The notes beneath the pieces were generated by a model. The model had not been told where the DNA came from, made no database searches, and worked only from the letters and a program-made list of their open reading frames with translations. Position numbers and translations under genes: made by a program. Shown piece by piece: positions 11,901 through 24,984 of a stretch of 64,000 nt of DNA. The stretch's first letter is position 1. The number at the start of each line of letters is the position of its first letter. Origin of the DNA: Ptychomitrium polyphyllum (lineage: Eukaryota); NCBI GenBank assembly GCA_973851085.1, contig OZ316776.1, positions 8,618,001 through 8,682,000 of the forward strand, given 5' to 3'.

Positions 11901-14490
11901 AGTAGAACTCTTTTACCTTGTATTTTTAGAATATGTTTTTTCTATAAATATTAGTCTCCAACAACTTATGACACAAAATTATAGCATTTTTGGTTTGAAA
12001 ACAATTGGAAGAATTTGAACACCTAGGATGAATTAAGGGTTGGCTTGGAAGAGCTTTGTTAGCTATATGAAGATCCAAAATTCACACTCTCAAACCACAC
12101 CCTAACATTACAAAAGTCCTTTGTTGATTTGTCAAAACATACTTTGAAATATGGTTCTCTTTTTTGTGACAAAATTGAATTAATCAATTTAAAAGTATTC
12201 CAAATAATATCTTATTAAGGTTACAAATACATAATGTTAAATGTGAAATTATGTCAAATCTAATTAAAATATTTATTAATATATACAAGCCTTTAATAAA
12301 ATTAAAAAATCTTTCAAAAGGCGCAATTAAAAAATTTAATTGAATAAAAAAGTGTCATTCAAAAAACCTCATATTAAAAAGAAGTTCAAAAAGGGATAAA
12401 ACACAATCCATACTAAAATGGTAACTTCACCTTTCAACAAGAATAATATTTCATGTTTGTATATTTGCATATCTAAATATTTTTTTAAAAACTATAGAAG
12501 GTATAAAATATAATTTCATAAAATTACATTCTCTTTTGCTCCTATCTACTATCTCACCAATCGTTTCACTAAATTCATATGTCTCCAATGAAAACATATG
12601 AGATCATTTTTGGAATCTACAATTTCTACAAATGTAAAAAATACATTATATAAAAAACTTGGTTGATGGCTTAATTATAAAATATCTATTACTTCAATGG
12701 ATGTAGAATGCTCATAAAAGCTCCAAATTGGAAAAATGAGATGTGTCATTAATCATTTAGGATAAACATAATTACATATTCATTATTAATGTTACAAAAA
12801 ATCAATCATGCACAAAATTGTTTAGATACAAAATTTTGTAATATAAATATGTAGCAAAAGACAAAAATAACTTTTAAATTGTGAAATTATCAAAAATACC
12901 TTTGCATGAATTACAAATATTTGAAAATGATGCAAATATTCATAAATAAAATATTGCACAATATGTTGTATTATTCCATGAAAGAAATGAACTTTGAATT
13001 GTTTTTTGGCATCTAGATTCTTATTTTTGCAATAGAACTACTTCCAATATTAATATGTGCTAATCTGTTTTCAAATTGATATACCACATGTATATTTTAT
13101 TCCAAAATTTGGTAATTCATTTTAAAAAATCCTTGAATAACCACTCAAGTTCAGCGTGTATAAATTTCCACTTTATTTATTTTACAAATTTTATTCATTT
13201 TTGAAGTGAAGCATCTAAAAGATCTATAGAGTTGCATCAAAACATATTTTCTAGTTGAATTTTATTAATGAAGATTCAACAATTTTAATACATGCTACTT
13301 TTTTGCACACACACAAATATACATACAATTTAATCATAAAATGATGTAATTACTTTCTATTTGTAAAACTATAATGTCTAAAGCAAAGTTGTAAAATAAA
13401 AATTTGAACTTTTGAGCTAATTTTTGTATCAAAACACACTGATTCTACCTCTTAATAATTTTTCATGTTTTCAATTTTGATAATTATTTTGCTTTTGGTG
13501 TTATTTAAAAAAAAATCTAATTATAAAAACCTTAATTTTTATATACTAATGTGTTTGTGATTATTATTTGATTTCAAAAAATTCAATTCATAAGTTAGTT
13601 GAATTTTTTATAAATTTATCAGTTTGCTCATTTATCATGAAATTCAATATTTTAAATTTCTGTCTGATTTTGTAACTTTTGCTCTAATGTTACTTCAAGT
13701 TCTTATATTGCATCAATTTTATTTTATTTTTATAATAAATTCAACACTATATGAACCGTTTCATTATACATTGGGCTAAATATACCTTTTGATGGACCTT
13801 TTAAAAATTGGTTCTTTTTTATATGGATTGATTTGAAAAAAAGGAAAGCAATTTATTTATTGATGATTTTTATTGATTGTCTTAAAATGTTGATTTGGTA
13901 GGGGTGGATATTTGCACAATGGATATAGATTGTGTACTTGTTTTTCCTTCATTGAATCAATGATAAAACAAATATTTTCTTATAATTTAAATATGTTCCT
14001 TCTAATTTTCTTATCTAATAGATTAAACTTATATTTTAATGTACTTGAGCTTTTATTTACAATAGAAAGAATGAGTACATCCAACTATCTCCTAATAGCT
14101 TATTTTACTTTGGTTTTGGAAAGCCAAAGAAATTTTTGTTTCTTTCTACAAAAATTAAAAATAGTCAAGTGTCTATTCTTTCATTATCATATATCTATGA
14201 TCATAAGGCTTCAATTGTGGTTATAAGAACCATGTCTTTTAAAAATAAATAGACATTAGAATTATCAATTAAATAGAACTTTTTCACCTTGTATTTCTAA
14301 CTTGTGTTTTGCATGTAATTGATAGTCTCCAAAAATCTATGACACATGTAATAAAATATTTTTGGTTTGAAAGAGCAATTAAACAAGCTTTGATTATTTG
14401 GATCAAAGTAGAATTTCGCTTGGAAGAACAGAACTAATAATAAGAAGGTCCAAAGTTCAAAGCCTTCCAAAGATGCATTGAATTGTAAAG
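11901..14490 (+). repeat. Diverged ~220-bp direct repeats (about 11901-12120 and 14273-14490) bracketing AT-rich DNA; likely transposon relic
   Basis: Shared colinear blocks: tagaact..ttt.accttgtattt, tagtctccaa.aa...atgacaca, tttttggtttgaaa, gcttggaaga, gaag.tccaaa.ttca. Confidence 0.6.
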
Positions 14491-17400
14491 GCTTTTTTGA
14501 AATGTATTTTTGTACCTTTTTGTATCAACAATGAATTTTAAAGGGTGTTTTACAAATCTTTCTTCTTTTGTAAGGACTCAACAAATAAATTTATTTCATT
14601 GCAAATAATTTTAAAAACTAAAAGGAGTTCATTTGGGAAGTTTGCAAAAACAACATAACTTCATAATCACAAAAGATATTTTTATAGGATTGTCTTTGAG
14701 TGAATGTCACAAAGATTGGTTTATGGTTTAGTTTTTAAATTTATAAAACTTCTAAATATTAAACACTCTATTACATTTACAAACCTTGTGGGTCAAAATC
14801 TAAACTATATTCCACAACATATTTAGTCATAATATTTTGAAAACAAACATACTATGGATTTTTAGGTACATAGTACAAAAAAGAAACCTCACAATCCCGT
14901 CCAAGAAACCTCATAATCCGTCGTGTCTGTCCCTCCGCACCAATCAGAGTTACTTTTACTTTAATTTACTTTTACTTTTGCAATTGCGCCCTCCTCGTCG
15001 TCTTCATCTGCCGGCTGACGAGGCGTCAACCCAAGCTGATCGACGGATCGTGCACGTTCCTCCGCGCGTCTCCGCTACCCTCGACTCGATTCCTGCTCTG
15101 CGTCTCCTGTGCCTCCTACTCCGCCCGAGCACACTAGGTGCGTCCCGCCTGCTCTTGCCTGGCTGCAGCCTTGGCGTGCGTCGAGCGTCGAGCTGCAGCC
15201 GTGGCGTGTGCCGATCCCTACGCTCCTACACTGCGAGAGAAACCGGAAGTCATAGTGGGACAGTGGGACGCGGAATGGCCGAGCTTCTTGAATAAGGGAA
15301 GCTAGAGCTGCGAGGCACGGCACAGCCATGGCTGGCGAGGGCGGGGTGGCGTCAGCGAGAGCCGTTGTGATTCAATTTGAATCGACGTGCACCCCCCCAG
15401 CCCGACCTTGGTCCCTTTCCCCGGCTCCTCCGCGCTTTCAAACTCCCGGGCCCCCACGTTCATCTATGCCTTCCCTAGATGGGTCCCTCCACAATTGACG
15501 AAACCTCGTGGATGCCAAGACTCTAATTTAGTGTCTTAGGAAAATCGACAATTTTAGGTTTCTGTACGGAACCAAAAAAACAACTTTATAGCCTTGTTCT
15601 GTTTATCCATTTGTCTATTGGTTCTCACATATTAGAATGTATATATATCTAAATAGATGGACAAGTACATCCAGGTACAAAAATTTGCATAAAATGCCAT
15701 TACATCAAAGATGTGATGGCCGCCTTACTTGTTTTTACAATGTCATTAGACTATGATTTTTATTTTTTAATACTAGAATAGAGACTTTTGAAAAATTTAT
15801 GTTGAATCATGCCTTTTAATATAAAACTAAAATTAACATATAAAACCAAATGAAATCACATACACTTATTATAATTTATTTCAACAAAATTTATATTTTT
15901 TAATTTATAATAAAATAAACAAATTTAGTATTATTGATTGATCTTGTTGATTTATTACATGCAAGTCATATGTTCATCCTAACTTATTTCTTATAGTCTC
16001 AAGGAGATTATAAGCCTTAATGGCTAAGAACAAAATTTAAATCCAAATTATTTGAGATTTTAAAAGAATATATTTAAGAAGAGAAAATTATAAACACTCA
16101 TATCTTTAAGTTTGAGATACCTCTTTATCTTTTCGGACTTCATTATTTATATATTTCCATATTCCTTCCACTAGAGTCTGTAAACCTCTTATTTATATTC
16201 ACATCTAAATATTGGGCCACATTTCATTGAAAATTCTCTTTTAGGTTTCTATATGTAGAACAAAAAAAATCTTATAATTCTACCTTATCTTCTATGTAAT
16301 TATAAGTTCTACTTTTACTTACTTCTTTTCTTATTTTTTAATTTTTTTTCTAATTCATGATTTTATTGACTTGCTATTCTTTAACTTTTTATTGATCTAC
16401 TTCTTACTTTTTTTTTAAAAACTTTTACTATTATACATAAATCTATGTTGAATACCACTACATCAAAGGTGTGATGACTGCCTTACTTGATGACTGCCTT
16501 ACTTGTTTTGTAGAAAATATCTTTCTTACAATTGCCTCATCCTTCAACTGAAGTGAAAGGTTTCACTTGTATCTTTCCAATGCAAAATAGGCCTGATCTC
16601 TCCATTGCAAATAAGCCTCCGGTATTCTAAAATGTTGATTTCATGTCACTTCAGATGCAAGTTTCTGAGTGGAAGTACACTGTACTGCACAGGATATTAT
16701 CTCTCAACTACTTCCACAGCAAATTCTCACCCTGAGGATATCTGGGCGACAGATTGTTGAGTTGTTACATGCTCGGAACAACAACTGCAGCCTACCTTGT
16801 ACACAATAACTTGGACTAAATTACGCACACTTATCACTGATTTATAACATCATGCTTTAATTAAAAACGCTTCCAGAATCGAGACTACGGGCCCATGTGA
16901 TTAGAAATTGAGCGAAAAAGAAGGAACTTGACGTTTTAACTAAATGTATCCTGACCTGAATCCATCTTGTGCCGAGCTCCTCTCCGCCATAATAATTATG
17001 GTGTCTGCGTTTCAAGCTCCCCGCACCACATGCCTCCTTGACCCCTTCCAATGGTAAACTTCCAAATGCACAGTACGTCGTCTAGCAGTGTGTCAACTCT
17101 ATTAAAAAAATTCTAAAAATACAACGTGGAAATTCAACCCTACCTAGTACCTGATCTAGCGGCAAGGCTCGCTTGAATCGCCGTCATGCGTCGTGGCACT
17201 GCAGTCAGTTTTCAAACAAGATTTCGACATGGAATCACCTGGTTGGTCCTCCCTACCGAAGCTCCAGTTGTGATTCGAACTTCAAGGCGTCTTGGGGATG
17301 AGAATCATGAAAGTCTCACGTTGGCGAGGTATTTTCGTCATCATGGAGAAAGATTCTAAGAGTCCATGGATGAAAGGTTCTGGAAGGAATGAAAGAAAAG

Positions 17401-17814
17401 GCTATTGAACCTGGGTGTCAGCTAGATTAGTGCGTGGTTTTCCGTGGCGGTTACCGTACAGGAAAAAGGTAGCCAGAACCTATTTTTAAAATCAGCAGTT
17501 TTTCTACGCCCACTGGTTCGGTAGATTCCCTCCGCTGAGAATTAGGCGGGACTTCTCACAAATCACGATACTGCCGCTCCAAGCAAAGTCCCCCTCCCGA
17601 ACTCCGATGCTCATATTTGTTTGCCTGTGCACTAGTATATATTGTGCTATCTCATTTCTGTCCGTTCCACCAACTATCAAACATTTCTAGGTTCTCATGA
17701 CATTCTAGTTGCAGTTGATTGAGCTTAAAATCAAACATGACAGTTTAACTGCAGTCGAAAGACCTCTTATTATCGCAGTAGTACCTGTTGATATTCAGCT
17801 TGAAGTTCGCTGCA

Positions 17815-19482
17815 ATGGCGCGTCTCAAGTCGGCAATCCTTCTTCTCGGTTTGCTGTTTGTGTGTGAGCTAGTGCAGTCTCAGTCGTCGGATCCCGACTC
17901 CACCGTCGGGTCGACAAATCTTATGACTGATCCGATTAGCTTCAAGTTTGCCGACGAGGAATCTGTAGGTTCCCTAGCTGATGTCGAGAGCAATGACGAC
18001 AACACTCTTGTTCCTGAATCTGAGAGCTTCTGGTCATCGTCGAGTGATGACGTTGACGGACCAGCATCTAAGGATTCGAATATGGAAGTGGATTCGTTTG
18101 CTGAATCTCAAGAGTATACCGACTCTGCGGTCGATGAAAGAGTGACTTTTAACAACACAACTGCGGATGGTGGTGTCATCACGGCGGCCGACGATGTAGG
18201 ATTTGATATGATCGAGGACGAAGATAGCCCTTCCACGACACAGTAAGTACTTTGACACCAAACATTGTAATGACTTTCTGTTCAAAGCCTTCTTGATTAT
18301 GTGGAGTTTGATCGCACAGTTATTGATGATTTCTTTCGATATTTGTTGGTTTTCTGCTTCAGATCTTCGGAGTCAGATTTTGGCGATGCTTCATTGGCTT
18401 CACGTTATAGTTGCTCCACCGGGAACCCAGTGGACGATTGCTGGCGCTGCGACCCCAACTGGGCATCCAACCGCCAACGTCTGGCCAACTGCGCGGTGGG
18501 GTTCGGACGAAATGCCATTGGCGGCAAAAACGGCAGGATTTATGTCGTCACCTCCTCTCGTGACGACAACCCTGCTAATCCTGCACCCGGCACCCTCCGC
18601 TACGCTGTCACCCGCCCCGGCCCGCTTTGGATCACATTCGCATACTCCATGACGATCAAGCTCAAGAACGAGCTCATGATTACGTCCTACAAGACCATCG
18701 ACGGCCGTGGCGTCAACGTCCGAATCGCTGTTGGCGCCGGTCTCACCCTCCAACGGATCTCCAACGTCATCATTCACGGCATTGCTATCCACGACATCAA
18801 ACCCACCGGCCCGGCCCGCATTATGACATCCACCAGCCACGTTGGGAACCGCGGCCGTGCGGACGGCGACGCGATCTCCATCTTCACCTCGAAGGACATC
18901 TGGGTCGACCACTGCTATCTAGCGCGTGCTGCCGATGGTCTCATCGACGTCATTCGGGGCTCCACCGCAGTCTCCATCACGAACAACTACTTCACCCAGC
19001 ACAATAAAGTGATGCTGCTCGGCGCCCACAAGGACGACTACATTGACCGCAACATGTACGTTACTGTCGCATACAACACTTTCGGTCCCAACCTCATGCA
19101 GCGGTTGCCGAGGGTTCGATTTGGGAACGTGCACGTGCTGAACAACGATTACACGTCCGGATGGGGTATCTATGCGATTGCCGGGAGTGAAAGTCCAACA
19201 ATTTTGTCGCAAGGGAATATTTTCAACGCGTACAAGGGATCCAAAGAGGTGACGAAAAGGATTAATGACGGTGGGAATTCATTCGGTGGGCCGAAGAACT
19301 GGAACTGGAGGTCCGAGGGAGACAAGTTTGTGAGTGGTGCATTTTTTACTAGTGTGCCGATGAAGTGGAGTAGTCAGAGTTATGGCAAGACGGCGAGTTG
19401 CGGTGCTCGGCCTGCGTCGATGGTGGTGAGTATGTGCCGTGGGGCGGGGCCGTTGAGTTGCCGACGTGGATCTCGGTGCTGA
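17815..19482 (+). CDS. Secreted pectate lyase (polysaccharide lyase family 1), 515 aa, 2 exons
   Basis: Exon 1 17815-18242 (signal peptide MARLKSAILLLGLLFVCELVQS plus acidic region). Intron 18243-18362 (GTAAGT..AG, phase 2 matches). Exon 2 18363-19482 with CSTGNPVDDCWRCDPNW, GTLRYAV, KTIDGRG, DGDAISI, WVDHC, DGLID, QRLPRVRFG, HVLNNDY. Confidence 0.95.
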
Positions 19483-22400
19483 GCGTGGTGCCGCGGTTGG
19501 TTCATCATGGTGAGCAAGTTGTAGATTGATGGAGGCAATGGTAGTGCCATGTTCTGTGCTCAGTTGTGGCTGCGCCGAATTGGTAGCCCACTTGCGAACT
19601 GCTTCGAATAATGGCGAGTTCAGACGTTTTGGATCATGGCACCAGTTCAGAAGTGATTGGTTATTGTTATTCAGTTGAGGCTGCGCTCATTGTAGCCCAC
19701 ATGTAAGAAGTGTTGGAGGTGTATAATCGATGAACCCTGTTCCGCACATTGATCAAATAAACTATTTTTGCTTTTGAATTATCTCTTACCTTACTTACGG
19801 TCTAGTTATCTCCTTAGTTGGATTGAGCCTAGGAAGGATTTGCTAACATGTAACGCAGTTCATAACAGCTGCGGGCAGTCACCGTATTCCATAGTTTTCG
19901 TGAGTTTTCACAGCTGCGTTGGAACTATTTCATTTTAAGGATGGATTCTATCAACATGGTATTATAACTAGCATCACGAATAGTTAACAACGTACACAAG
20001 TTGTGCTGATAAATGTGATTAGTAACATGTATGTGTTGCACGGTCTGGCCATAATTTTCTTCAAATCCAACAGTAGTGAGACAGTTTTCACCCATACTTA
20101 TTAATAGTATAAATGCATATCAATGAAAGAGGTCTTGAAACTTGTAAATTTGGTTATTGAAGAGTATGCAAAGAACTTGTCTATTCCTAAAATGAAATGT
20201 GATGGTTGATTTTTGAGCACAAAATCAAATTATAATCAAACAAGACAAAATAGGTAACCTCAAAGAAATTATATGAATAAAATGCTTCTTCAACAAGGCA
20301 TTTTATTTTTATAAAGATTATAAAGCAATCATTCTTGTGCATCTAAATATATTCAAACTTAGTTAATATTAAGCACAAGGTAAGATTATGTATTCAATGG
20401 ATTAATTTCAATGTACAAGTATGCATTTTATGATATCAATGACAATCATCTTGGATTCAACAAATCTTTGAAGAGTTACCAAAAAGTTCTACATCAAATT
20501 ATATGTGCAGAGGAAGACCTTTGAAGTTAATATTTCAATTTTAAAGTTAAAGTGGCTTAATTCTTTTAAATAGAAGAATTCTAAAATTAGGCGTATTTAT
20601 AATAGATTGATTGTCAAACAATGTCATGATTTGATTTTTAAATAATAAACAAAGACCTTCTTAGGAAGATACATGAGAAAATGATAGCTCCTTTAGGAAC
20701 CTTCCTTAATGAGATTGTTACTAGCAATGACATTACTACTTGCAATGATATTGTATCAACTTCATAATAATAATCAATATGTATTATATTCAAATTTCAA
20801 GATTTGCTACCTTGTGCATATTCTTACAAGTCAACATACCATCACTAACAAGTTCTTTTATTAAACCATGCCAAGTAGATGAACATCATATGGTTGCTAC
20901 TAAACGAAATTTTAAATTTACCAAAATATATTACTTCTTACAAATTAAACAATTCAAGTTGTTAACTTTAAACAATGTGTCAAAATTAAAATTAAGATAC
21001 TTTAATTAATATTTTTTAAAACAAGATAAAGAAAAAAAAAATAGACTTATATGCAAGTTTCTCATTCTTGATTTGTTCCTTCTCAAAATTCTTATCATCC
21101 TCAAATTTAGATTTTGGTATTATTTTTATTTTACATAGATGGAAATTAAAGGACAAATTTCAAATCAACATGGATCTTATCTTCGTTTACAAAATTAGAA
21201 TTTATTCTTTAAACCTTTTAAATAATATTAACTTTTTCAATATATAAAGAAGCATATAGTAGCTCTTAGCATCCTCAAGAAATAAAGAAATTAAACAAAA
21301 AGACATAAAAAGGGATAGTTTCTTTATTCTAAAAGCAAAAGAAGGACTTAATATTTGGTTTTAGGAGTATTTAAATTTATTATGGATGACAAATTAACTA
21401 TTCAAAATTTCTTTAAGTTTGGATGCATTTGATATTGAAGTTATTCAATGCAATGAAAACATATGTATATCCATTAAATTTTTTCAAATGGACAATATAT
21501 ACATTGCATGCTTATTATATTTAAATTCTATACACAAATTCCTAAATATTAATAAAAAAGAGGGTTTGGCATTTTGAATGTAAAAGAAGGCTAGGTTGAA
21601 GCCTTTTTTTCTATTGCACATTAGCACATGTATTGGATGTTTGCAATTGCCATATTTGATATGTTCTATCTACTAATACTACTTTAGAAATTTAGAAATT
21701 TAGAAATTCGGTAAATTGTAATTATCCTTGAATGAACCATACATTTTTATATGAACCATTGTTGTTTAATATGATAGGGCAATACTTTCTCCATGGAGGA
21801 ATCCTCTCAGTAAAAAAAAGCTCTTTGAGTACATATTATTAACTATTTGATTTGAAGAAAGAAACACCCTGTGCTATTTCACACGCTTCAATTCAATCAA
21901 CTTACAACACACATGATTGAAGTGGGGAGGAATACAATGAATGGCTAGAAATGGTAGCTAGTTACATGCTAATTGAATGAAATGACATATTAACCAATGA
22001 ATTTTAAAACTCTAAGAAAAAAATAGAAACACTTTCTTTTAAAATTCTATTTGAAATAAAAATTAGACTTAACAAATTAAGGCATATTGATAGACAATTG
22101 GTTAATTATGTTCAAAAACTGATTCTAATAAAAAATTCAAAAAAAATCTTTAATGCTAGTAGAGAGACATTATTACCAAGTTGAAATTAGTGATGTTCAC
22201 CAATGTAATAAGATTCTCCTTCTTTCTTCCTTTTTAAATGGCATTGTTGGCTGCAATTACTCTATTGATTGCCATGGCCATGGAAGAGATTGATGGCCAT
22301 GGCCATGGCTATGAAATTGGTTATTTCAATTTGAACTTCTTTTATACAAGCCCTCAATGTGGATCTTTTAAATGTAAGATAATGAGTACAAGTAAAAGAT

Positions 22401-24984
22401 AACAATGACCTTATGGGCACCAATGGAAAATATGACAATATTAAAATATAATTAAGATGATGATAATGTATGTAAGATGAATTATGTTTATAAGAAGGAC
22501 AATGCTTCTCAAGAACATAAAAATAGTGACAAGCACAAGGTGTCTTCATCATTTTTATTATATAGTGCATGAATATGTTGTAAATGTTGCTCCATTTTTG
22601 TAAATGTTGTTATATTTTTTTAATTGTCCATTCACTTGTTGCAACAATCCACTTCTTGCCATGGCCACATATTCTTTGACCATAGCCAATATACATTAAG
22701 CCATTTGTAAATTACTTCTTACCATGGCTTGTTGATTTCAGCCATGCTTTACTAAATCCAAATAAAGCTTTTTTATAATTTATTTACTTAATAAATCACT
22801 AAAAGGAGGTAAAGTTTGATTGTTGTTGATATTCTAAATTCCAAAGGTTCCAATATCTTTGCCATTTGATGAATGATTATACACATTATACATATACAAA
22901 GAGAAGATTGAAAATTGAAAATTTGAACCTAATTAAATTATATTTGTGTTTATTATGAACTAGGACTTTAATAAATTTTCTTTAAATAATGTAATTTTGA
23001 TAGTAAAATTATAAATTGTATAATAATTTTATTAACAATTTCAAAATATTAGGAAATTTTTATATAATTTTTTTGAAATTTTTTTCTGAATTTTTTTTTA
23101 AATACCATTTTAATAGCAAAATATAGTGAAAAGAAATTAAAAAAGTGTTTCCTAAAAAAGGTGAATAAAATTTAAGATAGAAAATTGCATGAAAAATGTT
23201 TAAATTCACAATTTCAAACTTACAAATAGCAATTATGTTGAAAACAATGAGGAAGATTAAAAAGTTGATAAAAATTATGCAAATGAATAATTTCCAATAT
23301 AAATTGTTGGAAAAGATACTTTGATTAACATTCTAGTCACTAATTTTAAATATTAATGTTTAAATTTCATACAAAACATTACAAAGTTGATATTCCATTT
23401 TAAACCATGTTGTTATGAAGATTTTTAAAACATAAAATAACATTCTTAGGTCACTTGGAGTTACACTTTTTTATTTGCACGCTTATTATGCTTAATTTGC
23501 AAATAGATAATTTATTAAAAAATTAACCACTACAAAACGAATTATAAAAGCTAAGGCTTCAAAAGCTTCCAAAACAAAATATTACAAATAAGGTTTTTAT
23601 GCATTTATAAAATGTATTTCTACCCACAAGAAGGTGTTTTATTTTCAATAGTTTTGTCATGGATATTCATGCTTGAGGAAGGCAATGCTTAATGCAATTA
23701 GAAATATAATTCAAGTTTTTTGAAGATAATTATAATGGATATTACTTCATTAGTAAAGGTGTAGCATTTCAATTAGAAATATGATGGATATTATATTTAA
23801 ATTGATGTTGTATACCAAGACCTATTATTGTAAGTCTCCATTACTTCCACTTGAATTAGAAAGGAGATGAAATGGAATATATCATTTAATACTAAAATTC
23901 AAAGAAATATTGGTGTATATGTTCATTCTTTTTCATCCAAAAGAGATTGATTCTCTACATGTAAATTTCAATAAGTCCTACAATATTCTTAATATTACTA
24001 CTATAGTCTATATTAAATTAGAATTTGAAGCAATATGAAATATAATAAGACAAAAAACTAATTTAGATGTATAATTAATTTTTAAAGTGTGACCTAGCAT
24101 GACATAACATTCTTAAGTGACTCCTCATAACACCTTCCAAGACCTTAGAAGGGATGATTCCATCATTCAAAATACAATGCTAAATCAATTGCACAAAAAT
24201 CCCCCAATCTTCAAAATGGTGGTGAAACAACATCCAATCTATTCACAACTTTGTGATTAAACTGGATAACATGATAATAATCCTAAGCATCATGAATCTG
24301 GTAAACTAAAAGCGAGAACATGTTGTATCCTTCTGACGGACACTCAACTTTCTCAAGGTCTATTTACAAATCCTAACACTCAAATCAGCGCCAATCACCT
24401 ATTAGTCGTCATTATCTTGCTAACAATCATCATCCATCCAAATGAATGCACACCAAAAAAATGTCCACAACCAAAAGGATTTGCCCGCTAGGTCCTCCGA
24501 CTTCCCTGAAATATTACAGCTAGCCTAACTGTACCTCCTATTTCACACATGAGACCACATTTTTAAGTCCCAATATTTGAAGACAATGTTGACTTCCAAT
24601 GGAAAAATTTGAGTCTAGCTTTCGGTTTGAAACTACTCTAGAAAGAGTAACGATACTACAGAGAGTACTCGTTATGCATGTGGCGCTGCTTGTAAGCCAG
24701 GGAAACGTTCAACGAAGGCTGCCGTTTAGAAGAATTGAAGGGTTTCTGCGAATCCAAAACAAATGGAAAAGATTACTACAAGTCTTAAATCATGCCCCAC
24801 TCCTAAACACATTCGTTGGCGAGTATTAATGCATTCTGATCCTTATCATCACAGTTTATACTATGTGTAGACAACATTAAACCAAATATCAGTTTGGTAT
24901 GAAAAGCTCTAGGACCATATTTATTCAAACATTACAGCAATAAGCGAAGGAGACCATCCAACTGACTCCAGTAGAGGTGCAACT

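Noticed and set aside
18400..19212. Alternative-frame and antisense ORFs within the pectate lyase
   Set aside because: Codon-bias shadows of the real CDS.
22266..22750. Clusters of GCCATG motifs at both ends of an AT-rich stretch (possible MITE)
   Set aside because: The motif is self-complementary and I could not align convincing terminal inverted repeats.
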